DNA of 56,596 bases from a virus. Taxonomy: Duplodnaviria > Caudoviricetes. Positions 47,460 through 56,596 of this stretch are shown here, piece after piece. Position numbers and translations under genes: made by a program. The number at the start of each line of letters is the position of its first letter. Positions within the stretch are counted from its first letter, which is position 1. The stretch is from IMG/VR virus record IMGVR_UViG_3300042292_000782, positions 1 through 56,596 of that record; one strand, given 5' to 3'. The notes beneath the pieces are model-generated. The model was not told where the DNA came from and ran no database searches. It saw only the letters and a list, made by a program, of their open reading frames with translations.

Positions 47460-50036
47460 ATGGCGCTAAATGATTATATAATTACCTACAGTTCAACCGA
47501 TGACGCAAGTACAACGGGCGCGTTTTCAAAACCTGCTTTTGTTGTTTCTGAGCGTTCTACTAATACATCAGATACATCACTGACTTTAATTGGAAAGTAT
47601 AGTCTCACATCGGGTGCAGAATTACAAACCAGTCTTGTACATTTATTAGAAAATCACGCCAGAGATACACCTCCACCGAACCCCACAATTGGTCAAACGT
47701 GGTTTGATACTAATGCAAAATTATTAAAAGCGTATACACCGATACCAACTGGTGCTAGATGGGTAGCAGTCGGTAGTAGCTCAACAGATGTTAGCACATT
47801 ACCAATTGCATCTTTTTCAACGTTGGGTGCAATTAAGATAGGTGACCCGTTTGAGGTAACAGAAAGTGGTGTACTAACGTTACCAGATATAGTACATATA
47901 TCTCAAGATTTAATCGCTAAAACAACAGCTGAGTATATATTTACATCTAAAGTAACTGTCACAGGTGCATTAAACAGTGGTAGTCCAGATAATTTTATCC
48001 TTGATGATCCTACATTGCCTGCAGAATGGTTTGTAGGTTCGTTCATAACTAAAGGTTACGCTGACCGCATATACGCAAAAATTAATACAAATGATCCAAA
48101 CGCTGCTGTTATGCCATCAGCTTCAAAAAATACAGTCGGTGGAGTAATTGTTGGTACACCGTTTGCGTTGGCAGATAACGGGATGATATCACTACCGAAC
48201 ATGTATTTTAATAATGCTACAACAGCTAAACCTACCGGTGAATATAATATAAACGCTAGTTTATTAACATCATCTGCAGCTTATAGTATTGATGGTAATA
48301 ATTTTATTGGTATTGATCCAACAAAAACATCTGCTGATTACGCGTGTTATTTTACTACAAAAGGTTATATAGAAGATCATTTCATCCGTAAAGGTGATAT
48401 GAGTGTCATTTATAATTTACCGACCGCGAATAATGTTGAGTTAGGTGGTGTAATAGCTAGACCACCAATCATTGCAAATACACAAGGTGTATTATCATTA
48501 TCGTCGGTAACGTACGATGGTACACTATTCGCTTATACGTTTGATGCAGATATTAATGCTAAAAAATTATCAACGTCAGGTAAAGCTACTTTCAATGAGA
48601 TAGTTGAAACGAAAAAATCAATTTATAGTTTCGATAATGATAATTTTATATCAAAAGATCCAACAAAAACAGCAGCTGACTATAACAATTTCTTTGTTAC
48701 TAAACATTATGCTGATAGTAGATACTTTTTAGATCCAAATGCTGGAACATCAAACGTAGGTGTTAGACCTAATGTTGCAACAGCTACACAAATCGGTGGT
48801 GTTATACCAGGTAAACCTTTTACTGTATCATCAACCGGCGCTTTAACAATTCCTAATATGGAATATTCAGCTGGTACCACCGTAACAGGTGAAGATACTG
48901 TCCCGGGCGGTAGTAACACACCTAGCTTAGAATTTAAATCAAAAGTTAAAATGTCTGGTATTGTGTTTAGCAGTATTGAGGATAATGGTATTTTTGCTGA
49001 TCCAAGTAAGTCAGATACATTTTACGATTCTTATTTTACGACTAAAAAATTCAATGATGATCATTACTTAGCTGGTGGTGATGTATTTGTAACAGGTACA
49101 ATTAGCAAGTCTACATACGTTATTGAATACGCTCCTGGCTTCTCGCAAAGTGAGTTTGAAGGTAAAGATAATGCACTAGTTAATAAAAAATACGTTGATT
49201 CATTAACGCAAACAACGTCTATTGGTCCAACATCAACATCAGTCTTTCCTGAAGATTCTATTATTACTACAAAAAATGGCGTTTTAAGTAGTATTAGTGG
49301 TTTTGCGTTTGATCCTACATCAGGTGAAATTAAAACAAGTAAAGCTAGTTTAGTAAGTACCGCAACTGATGATGCACAAAGTGCGTTAACCGTCTATAAC
49401 GATCAACCATCAGCTACAGCTGGTTCAAGTATAAGTTTATGTGCCAGTGAACCGGTACCACCTATTATACCAGGTCAAACACCTACAGCTAAACCAGCTA
49501 TTAATTCGACAACTAAGCTTGGCGCTGTTAAATTGGGCGGGTGGAATGGTACAGCAACCGTTACCGGAGCTACAATTGAATCACATAGTACAGAAACATG
49601 GTCTCCAACAGCAAACGGTACAAACTTAGTATTAAAAGTAACTAAAAAAGGTACAAATACCGCTGTACCAGCAATGATTATTAATGACGATAGATCAATA
49701 CAGATATATCAAGGTTTTATTGAAACAATTAATAATACGACAAACGCTACGTGGTCGGTTGATTTTAGTACTGGATCTATTCAGGTTTTAACTACTAGTG
49801 ACCATACTACTATTACAATGCCATCTGTTGCAGAGTTTACAGGAAGAAGTATTACTATGGTAATCAAATATACCGGAACGCATACCATTTCATGGGCTGG
49901 TGGTGCAGTTAGTTGGCCGGATAATAACGCTGCTCCGTTGACAACTTCAGCAGCTGGTGCAACAGACGTGTTTATGTTCTTCGGTGATAGTACTAAAATC
50001 TATGGTAGTACTGCTGGTCTATCTTACGTACAATAG
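47460..50036 (+). CDS. Tail fibre protein, paralog of 38661..42476
   Basis: Near-identical start MALNDYII.YSSTDD, same repeat unit in fewer copies, homologous C-terminus. Confidence 0.8.
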   Translation: MALNDYIITYSSTDDASTTGAFSKPAFVVSERSTNTSDTSLTLIGKYSLTSGAELQTSLVHLLENHARDTPPPNPTIGQTWFDTNAKLLKAYTPIPTGARWVAVGSSSTDVSTLPIASFSTLGAIKIGDPFEVTESGVLTLPDIVHISQDLIAKTTAEYIFTSKVTVTGALNSGSPDNFILDDPTLPAEWFVGSFITKGYADRIYAKINTNDPNAAVMPSASKNTVGGVIVGTPFALADNGMISLPNMYFNNATTAKPTGEYNINASLLTSSAAYSIDGNNFIGIDPTKTSADYACYFTTKGYIEDHFIRKGDMSVIYNLPTANNVELGGVIARPPIIANTQGVLSLSSVTYDGTLFAYTFDADINAKKLSTSGKATFNEIVETKKSIYSFDNDNFISKDPTKTAADYNNFFVTKHYADSRYFLDPNAGTSNVGVRPNVATATQIGGVIPGKPFTVSSTGALTIPNMEYSAGTTVTGEDTVPGGSNTPSLEFKSKVKMSGIVFSSIEDNGIFADPSKSDTFYDSYFTTKKFNDDHYLAGGDVFVTGTISKSTYVIEYAPGFSQSEFEGKDNALVNKKYVDSLTQTTSIGPTSTSVFPEDSIITTKNGVLSSISGFAFDPTSGEIKTSKASLVSTATDDAQSALTVYNDQPSATAGSSISLCASEPVPPIIPGQTPTAKPAINSTTKLGAVKLGGWNGTATVTGATIESHSTETWSPTANGTNLVLKVTKKGTNTAVPAMIINDDRSIQIYQGFIETINNTTNATWSVDFSTGSIQVLTTSDHTTITMPSVAEFTGRSITMVIKYTGTHTISWAGGAVSWPDNNAAPLTTSAAGATDVFMFFGDSTKIYGSTAGLSYVQ

Positions 50037-50051
50037 TTGGAATAATACACA

Positions 50052-53000
50052 ATGGCGATTAATTCAGTACGAAATCGACGTAATCATGTAGGGTTATCTG
50101 CTGATACCGTACCTCAAACTGTAAAATTTGTTACAAATCAATTAATTACACCGGTTACTTCAATAATAGGAAGACGTGGTAAACCTTTTACAGATGGTAA
50201 TACAGGTGAGAAATATTATAATTATTATTTAACTCCAAACAGTGATCCATTACCGATTGGGTTAGCATTAAATGAGCGTACAGGTGAGATAACAGGTACA
50301 CCAACAGCTGTAACACTTATTGATGAATTGCATTTTAGTGTAACGATACGAATAGCTGTAAAAGATTCTATTGATCATGTTGCGTACAAGAAAAGTGTTT
50401 TAACGGTAGTTGTTGTTGATCCACTTAGTGTACAAGAAAAAATGTTAACTTACGACGGTAAGGTTAATAAATTAACAATAAATGAATCACTGTTTACGAG
50501 TGTGATCGGCGGTAGACAACCGTACGTATATACGATAACACAAGGTTCGTTACCAGCTGGTGTTACTATTGATCAAGTTACAGGTACAATATCTGGAAAA
50601 CCTACTGATCTTAAACGTACGTATACGTCAATAACACAAGTCGGTGAGATAACTGTTGAAGATCGTATTATTGTAACGGTTACGGATTTTTATAATACAG
50701 TTGTTATTAATAATACTATTATTGATTTCAATATTGAAGAAGTTATTGTAGCTGTACCAACACCTAATGTAAAAATTAAAGGTGTAGTACCATTAACCGT
50801 GAATTTCCCTGGGTTTAGTTCTGTAACATTAGGTACAGAACCGTACGTTTACTTTACACCTACCGCACAGCAGAATCCAATGCCGCTAGGTGTAACATTA
50901 AACACTGAAACGGGTATAATATCTGGTGTTTTCACTGGTGATGTTAGTACGACTGTCAATGACGTTACTACAACAACACATGAAGAATATACCGGTACCT
51001 TACAAATAGCTGTACAAGATCAAGATGGTAATATTGCTTCTAAAATAGCTAAAATTGATATTGAAGCTTATTTACCGCTAGTTACAGCTGCTAACCACCA
51101 AGATAGTAGCGGCGTTGATGTTTTAACGTTTAATTGGATAGCTACAAAACCGGTTAACCATACACCACTAAAAGCGTTATATGGTAATAAACCTTATACG
51201 TTTCAATTATGGTTCTGTAGTTATTTTGATAAACAGCAACACGTTACACAATATGATACAGCTATACCAGGTATAGTGATTAATAGTGCTACTGGAGCTA
51301 TTACAGCTGCTAATGGGTTGTTAGCAGGTATGTACCTTATTGATTTAAAAGTAATTGATTCATCTGGTACAGTAAATGAATCTGCTCCAAGAATTATATA
51401 CACTGTCGATGATGCTATCATTGCTACAGTATTAACGGATAACGCTGATTATCAAATATATATCAACAATCAATCTTCAAATTTAGCTGTTGGTTATACT
51501 GTCTTGCGTGCTGAATTAGGTATACCGCCGTATACATTTAAAGTATCGCCGGATTTACCAACAGGTTTAACGTTTACAACAACAGAAACAACATGTCATA
51601 TTCAAGGTGTAGCAACTAAATCTGGCCAAACAACTTGTGTATTCAGTGTAAAAGATTCAACTGGTATGGAAGCTGTTACAAAACATACTATAACTTTCAA
51701 TATCGCTGATGAATTGGTAACGTCTGCTGATACTATTGAGATAGTTAAAGTATTAGGAGAACCAACAGGTATTGTTGATATTTTTAAAACTATAACTGGT
51801 GGATTTCCACCTTATGATTGTACATTAATGGTTGGGCAATTACCTCCTGAGTATACTTTTAAAGGTGCTAATTTCTCATATTTTCCAGTTGGTTCTCAAA
51901 CCGCTGTTACTGTCGCAAAACCAAAATTGTGGGGTAATGATTGGACTGATGTTCCAGGTGGTGTTTCACCAAATCCAGCAAACATCTTTAACCATCTAGG
52001 ATCGTATACATCGTATTATACGATATCAGATAGCAAAGGTGCAGTGAGTAGAAATAGAGCTTCTGTTAAATTTACAGTATTAACACCTATTTCAGCAACT
52101 GCTAACACTGTACCTACAATAACAGGTAAAGCAGGTATAACAAATGTTAAATTTAAACCTATTACTGTTAATGGTGGTGTACCTCCCTACACCATGCGTA
52201 TTGCTACATCAGGTTTAAACACGGATACAGGCGTAGAAGAGCAATGTCCTACATTAAATTTAAAAACAGCTCAACCTGATACCATTTTTGGTGTACCTAA
52301 TAGGGGTTATACCGGGAAAATGTATTTCTATATTACAGATTCACATAACGGTGCTACACCTAAGTTTCCGGTTAATGTTGATATATCTTCTGCTTTGACA
52401 GGTGTTACACCAGATGCGATACCTATTATCATGTGTGTTGAAGGTTTTCCATTATTTGAAGTAATACATATGAAAAACGGTGTATCTGTTACTGAGACAT
52501 TTAGTGAATTAAATGAACCGTTATTTTTATCTGTTAGTGGTGGTACACCACCTTATACGTATTATGAAAGTGATGATAATAGAAATGTTGCTCCTGAGTC
52601 TAAACAGACACCTCGTGGGTTTTATATTAACCCCAATACAGGTATAGTATCAGGTAACGTTTTCCGTACAACACCAATTGTGCGAACTGCTTTTAAATGT
52701 TCTGTTGCTGATAAAGAAAATATTAAAACAGGACCATCCCCATTTGTATTAACGATTAATCCTCCATTAACGACTGAAAAGTACAACAATGTAATGTACA
52801 GTTCATTCTTTATAAGCGCTGATAATGTAAAATACCCTGATAAAGTAACAAAAGTTGTTGGAGATAATATTAGTGATTTTAAAGTATCTGTGGGTAAGGG
52901 TGGATCTGGAAGGTATAGTTACCAATTAGTGTTTCTTTATGGAGAAATTAGCTTCTATACTAATTTTGTTTTCAATGCTAATACTGGTTCCATATCAGCT

Positions 53001-54653
53001 GCAGATTCATCTTCAAATTTGATAACTCCAGTATCTGCAAAAATAACTGTAAAAGTTACAGATAAGTTTACTGGAATGTTTCTATATTCTTACGATTATA
53101 TAGAAATTACTGTTTATCCAAAGTTGGTACTTACCCGAGATCCTGCATGTGTACCAAATTTGACGTTATTTACTGGTAAAATCATCACGTACGATAATTT
53201 CGCTCCTATACATATATCAGGCGGTTCAGGTTATTATATTGTTACAACAACACCACCGTTGCCAGCTGGTCTTAGCATTGACAACAACGGTCTATTAGTT
53301 GACGCTCCTAACAATATGACCGGTATAGCAGCTTATAAAGTGTTTGTTGATGATGCTATATTTCCCGGTGTTTCAGCAAACATGACGTTTATTATGCTTG
53401 TCGCAACAGTTAATGTTGTTATTGAAGTACCAAAAAGTGTTCAGAAGAAACTAGACATTCAATATTTAATGGCTCAAGCTGGTATGACGTACGATGATGT
53501 ACAAAACACTCCAATGAATATTAAAATTAATGTAACAGGTACAGTGTCATCAGCTACACCATTAGCACCTGCATTTACAATCGATTGGGGTGTTATTCAT
53601 CCAATGACTACCGTACTAATTGACATTATAGGTGGTGACGGTATTGTTGGTGGGGGTGGGGCAGCAGGAACATACAGCGCATCTGATGCAAAGATTCGTA
53701 ACGGTAAAGATGGTGGTCCAGCGATGAAACTCAATTTAGGTCAAGCTCAAATTACCATTAAAGGTAATGGTAAACTTGTCGGTGGAGGGGGTGGTGGTGG
53801 AGGCGCTGGTGGAGCTGATTGGATACAAATAGCTCTAATGAATGCCTCACGTTACCTAGTATCTGAAGAAACAACATTTAATACAGCACCTTATAAAGTA
53901 ACCGGGTATAATATTGTCACAATTGATGATGGTACCAAAGTAACTTGCGGTAACGGTATATGGAAGTCGCCACCCATCGTAATTGATAAGGTTAACCGTA
54001 CGGGGTCAAACATATACTTATACTCGATGGCAAGAGAACCTAATGCATTGGCAACAGCTAAAGATCAAGCACCAGGTAAAGCAAAACCTGCAGTAGTGAT
54101 GACAGGTTCTGCTGGTGGTAGAGGAGCAGGTGATTCAAGTGGTGCAACTCCAGGTCAAAAAGGAGTAAAAAGTGTGAAAGGTGCAGGTCAACCAAGTAAA
54201 CCTGTAGAGCCTTCATTACCATCTGATGCAGCGTTTAATAAAGCTAATACTAACCCGTTCATCGCTGGTATAACACCTCCTGTTAAACGAGGAATGCCCG
54301 TCATAACATTAACGTATGCAGGTTCTTTATCTTGCGGTGATAGATCTGGTGCAAACGATGGAAGTGGTATTCTTCCAGGACCTGCTGGTGAAGATTTCTT
54401 CAGCTATGAAGGAATTCTATACGGGTGTGCAGGAGGAGGTGGAGGTGGTTTCGGAGGTATGGGAGGCGATGGTGGTACATCAAGTAAACCACCTGGCCTT
54501 ACCGCTAAACTTGTACCTGGTGGTTTTGGTGGTAAACCTGGTCTAGCAATTGATGCATCGGATTGCTTTCTTGCACCTATCATTCATCCATCAACTGTGA
54601 TCGCTGGCGATATTAAATTGTTTGTTGATGATCCAATTGTACCTACACCTTAA
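50052..54653 (+). CDS. Ig-like-repeat adhesin, paralog of 42561..47336
   Basis: Colinear similarity (GKPF, AELGIPPYTFKV.P.LP.G) and Gly-rich C-terminus. Confidence 0.78.
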   Translation: MAINSVRNRRNHVGLSADTVPQTVKFVTNQLITPVTSIIGRRGKPFTDGNTGEKYYNYYLTPNSDPLPIGLALNERTGEITGTPTAVTLIDELHFSVTIRIAVKDSIDHVAYKKSVLTVVVVDPLSVQEKMLTYDGKVNKLTINESLFTSVIGGRQPYVYTITQGSLPAGVTIDQVTGTISGKPTDLKRTYTSITQVGEITVEDRIIVTVTDFYNTVVINNTIIDFNIEEVIVAVPTPNVKIKGVVPLTVNFPGFSSVTLGTEPYVYFTPTAQQNPMPLGVTLNTETGIISGVFTGDVSTTVNDVTTTTHEEYTGTLQIAVQDQDGNIASKIAKIDIEAYLPLVTAANHQDSSGVDVLTFNWIATKPVNHTPLKALYGNKPYTFQLWFCSYFDKQQHVTQYDTAIPGIVINSATGAITAANGLLAGMYLIDLKVIDSSGTVNESAPRIIYTVDDAIIATVLTDNADYQIYINNQSSNLAVGYTVLRAELGIPPYTFKVSPDLPTGLTFTTTETTCHIQGVATKSGQTTCVFSVKDSTGMEAVTKHTITFNIADELVTSADTIEIVKVLGEPTGIVDIFKTITGGFPPYDCTLMVGQLPPEYTFKGANFSYFPVGSQTAVTVAKPKLWGNDWTDVPGGVSPNPANIFNHLGSYTSYYTISDSKGAVSRNRASVKFTVLTPISATANTVPTITGKAGITNVKFKPITVNGGVPPYTMRIATSGLNTDTGVEEQCPTLNLKTAQPDTIFGVPNRGYTGKMYFYITDSHNGATPKFPVNVDISSALTGVTPDAIPIIMCVEGFPLFEVIHMKNGVSVTETFSELNEPLFLSVSGGTPPYTYYESDDNRNVAPESKQTPRGFYINPNTGIVSGNVFRTTPIVRTAFKCSVADKENIKTGPSPFVLTINPPLTTEKYNNVMYSSFFISADNVKYPDKVTKVVGDNISDFKVSVGKGGSGRYSYQLVFLYGEISFYTNFVFNANTGSISAADSSSNLITPVSAKITVKVTDKFTGMFLYSYDYIEITVYPKLVLTRDPACVPNLTLFTGKIITYDNFAPIHISGGSGYYIVTTTPPLPAGLSIDNNGLLVDAPNNMTGIAAYKVFVDDAIFPGVSANMTFIMLVATVNVVIEVPKSVQKKLDIQYLMAQAGMTYDDVQNTPMNIKINVTGTVSSATPLAPAFTIDWGVIHPMTTVLIDIIGGDGIVGGGGAAGTYSASDAKIRNGKDGGPAMKLNLGQAQITIKGNGKLVGGGGGGGGAGGADWIQIALMNASRYLVSEETTFNTAPYKVTGYNIVTIDDGTKVTCGNGIWKSPPIVIDKVNRTGSNIYLYSMAREPNALATAKDQAPGKAKPAVVMTGSAGGRGAGDSSGATPGQKGVKSVKGAGQPSKPVEPSLPSDAAFNKANTNPFIAGITPPVKRGMPVITLTYAGSLSCGDRSGANDGSGILPGPAGEDFFSYEGILYGCAGGGGGGFGGMGGDGGTSSKPPGLTAKLVPGGFGGKPGLAIDASDCFLAPIIHPSTVIAGDIKLFVDDPIVPTP

Positions 54654-54703
54654 GTAACAGTTAAATACATAATGAATACAATTTACTAATATGGTAAAAA
54701 TAA

Positions 54704-56596
54704 ATGACAGATACGTACTCTATTAAATTTACATCAGATGGTGAAACTTCTGGTAAACCTGCAATTTCGATTGCACCGACCGCTGTTGATAATAGCACAT
54801 CTATAACTATTCATGGAAAATATAGTACACCATTTGGTGAAGATCTATGGACTAGTATTTTGCATGTTATGGAAAATTTTTGTAGTACTACTGGTCCAAG
54901 TTCTACAAAAGTTACAATGGGTCAATTATGGTTTGATTCAGGTACACAAACATTAAAAATATGGAGAGTGCTTAGCGTTTCTCCGTATACGGTCGGTTGG
55001 GCACCTGTAAATTCATTTGATAGTAGTGGTACCTTAACAGTAGTACTGAAAACATCTGTAGTAGATAATGGAATATTAGACGATTCAGCTACGTATGATG
55101 GGTATTTTACAACAAAAAGCTATTCAGATGCGCATTACTTGCCCAGAGGTAATTATGTATCGGGAACAACCGCATTATCGAAAGCTAAAATTAAATATAG
55201 TACTGAAGTAACATTTGATACTGGTGACACTACAGCGTTAGTTACAAAAAAATATGTAGATGATAAAATTGGTGTTGTTGGGTCGCTTAGTATTACTGTT
55301 GATGCAGACGGTAAGATGACTGCTACAAAAGCATTTTTAGGTTCACCTAATAATTTTATATTAAATGATACCCCAGCTTTTGATGATTATTTTGTAACAC
55401 GGGATTACGCAGATGAACGGTATTTTCTCGTTGGTACGTTTGATAATAGTGTACGTAGACAATCTAGATCTAAAATTCAATATAGCTCTGATGTCATTTA
55501 TGCTACAAATACCGATGATGATTATACATTAGTACATAAAAAACATGTCGCTGATGCTATTGCAGCAGCTGGTAGTGGGTCATCAATAACTGTTCCCGCT
55601 GGTGGTTTGGTACTTAGTGATGGAACAGCGTTAAATAATTTTGCGTATACCACTGCTAATTCTGGTAAATTTTTATCTGTAACTCAAGCAGGTGCTTTAT
55701 CATGGGCTAATACAGGGTTACCCACATGGTTGACAGGAACAATAACCGAGGGTGTATTAGTTAGTGATGGTAGTACGGTAACTTCAACTATAGGTACAGG
55801 TGGACAGGTATTAAAAACAGTAGATGTCGGAGGTGTGTTATCTATAGAATGGGGTGGTGCGGGGTTACCGTCGTGGTTCCCACAAACCGTACCTTCAAAA
55901 GGTGTTTTGGTTAGTAGCGGGACAGCTGTAACATCATCTTTTGGTACAGCTGATACCGTATTAACAGTAGATTCTAGTAACAACATACAATGGATTGCTA
56001 AATCATCATTGGGTGGAGGAGGTGCATCACTACCATCATCAAAAGGTGTGTTGTATGTTAATAACGCTGGTGCAGCTGATGTTGTTAGCTCTGAATCAGC
56101 TGATACGGTATTATCTATAGATGGTACAGGGGCGTACAAATGGTTAGCTAAATCGTCGTTAGGTGGGAGCGGTAGTGGCCCAACTGCAACAAAATTATCT
56201 GTATATGGTACAGTCGTTAGTGTACCTGCATCTCGTACGACATTACCGACAACACCTAGTAGTACAATAACGTTACCAATACCATCTACAACTAACGCAA
56301 TAGATTATGAAATAAGGTTCGGTGGTAGACTGACAACGACAGGTACACTATCTACTGGGTTAGCATCACCTCGAGTTCGTTATATTGTTAAAGCAAACGG
56401 AACAACTGTATACGATGTAGCTACTGGTGGGATTGGCGGATATACAATTAAAAACTCAGAACCTGTCGATGACTTACATACCTTCAAGTATGCTGTACCA
56501 GCAAACACCACTCAAACCCTGTCAGTTGAAATATACGCCTACTGCTACACGTTGCAAGGTGGGTTCCCCAATGGTTACGATATCTCACAATGGCTT
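54704..56596 (+). CDS. Third tail-fibre-type protein (3' end outside the window)
   Basis: Manual translation MTDTYSIKFTSD...STSITIHGKYS..FGE.LW...MENFC...GQLWFD, YF.TK.Y.D repeats; TAAATA at 54662. Confidence 0.78.
   Translation, partial: MTDTYSIKFTSDGETSGKPAISIAPTAVDNSTSITIHGKYSTPFGEDLWTSILHVMENFCSTTGPSSTKVTMGQLWFDSGTQTLKIWRVLSVSPYTVGWAPVNSFDSSGTLTVVLKTSVVDNGILDDSATYDGYFTTKSYSDAHYLPRGNYVSGTTALSKAKIKYSTEVTFDTGDTTALVTKKYVDDKIGVVGSLSITVDADGKMTATKAFLGSPNNFILNDTPAFDDYFVTRDYADERYFLVGTFDNSVRRQSRSKIQYSSDVIYATNTDDDYTLVHKKHVADAIAAAGSGSSITVPAGGLVLSDGTALNNFAYTTANSGKFLSVTQAGALSWANTGLPTWLTGTITEGVLVSDGSTVTSTIGTGGQVLKTVDVGGVLSIEWGGAGLPSWFPQTVPSKGVLVSSGTAVTSSFGTADTVLTVDSSNNIQWIAKSSLGGGGASLPSSKGVLYVNNAGAADVVSSESADTVLSIDGTGAYKWLAKSSLGGSGSGPTATKLSVYGTVVSVPASRTTLPTTPSSTITLPIPSTTNAIDYEIRFGGRLTTTGTLSTGLASPRVRYIVKANGTTVYDVATGGIGGYTIKNSEPVDDLHTFKYAVPANTTQTLSVEIYAYCYTLQGGFPNGYDISQWL

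Noticed and set aside
42561-54653. Diversity-generating retroelement acting on the adhesins
   Set aside because: No reverse transcriptase and no adenine-specific near-identical repeat pair was seen.
1-56596. Stop-codon reassignment
   Set aside because: Known genes are full length in the standard code, and TAA, TAG and TGA all end genes.

Overview
This is an AT-rich segment of a large T4-like (myovirus, possibly jumbo) phage genome read in the standard genetic code. It carries four tRNA genes interleaved with HU, and a nucleotide-metabolism set (NrdA/NrdB, DHFR, ThyA, dimeric dUTPase, phosphoribosyltransferase, QueD). Replication and recombination genes include a DinG-like helicase, a gp61-like primase, a gp32-like SSB, UvsX, UvsY, UvsW, a DnaE fragment and a stand-alone family-A-polymerase-like protein. 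Structural genes include the portal, a baseplate/tail chaperone, GroES and duplicated tail-fibre plus Ig-repeat adhesin cassettes. Three things stand out. (1) A promoter-driven array of about eight small stem-closed RNAs shares a CAGCAA/CTGCAA motif, and several display tRNA anticodon-loop mimics. It lies directly upstream of a DUF2828 (TROVE/Ro60-like, vWA) gene, and a ninth copy at about 4975 contains a circularly permuted tRNA domain (YrlA-like). Together these form a candidate new Ro/Y-RNA-like system. (2) The UvsW-like helicase carries a class-3 intein in Walker A and a naturally split intein in the DECH motif, with a small unrelated ORF between the two halves. (3) There are two predicted -1 ribosomal frameshift sites. 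All calls come from reading motifs by eye; no database searches were run.
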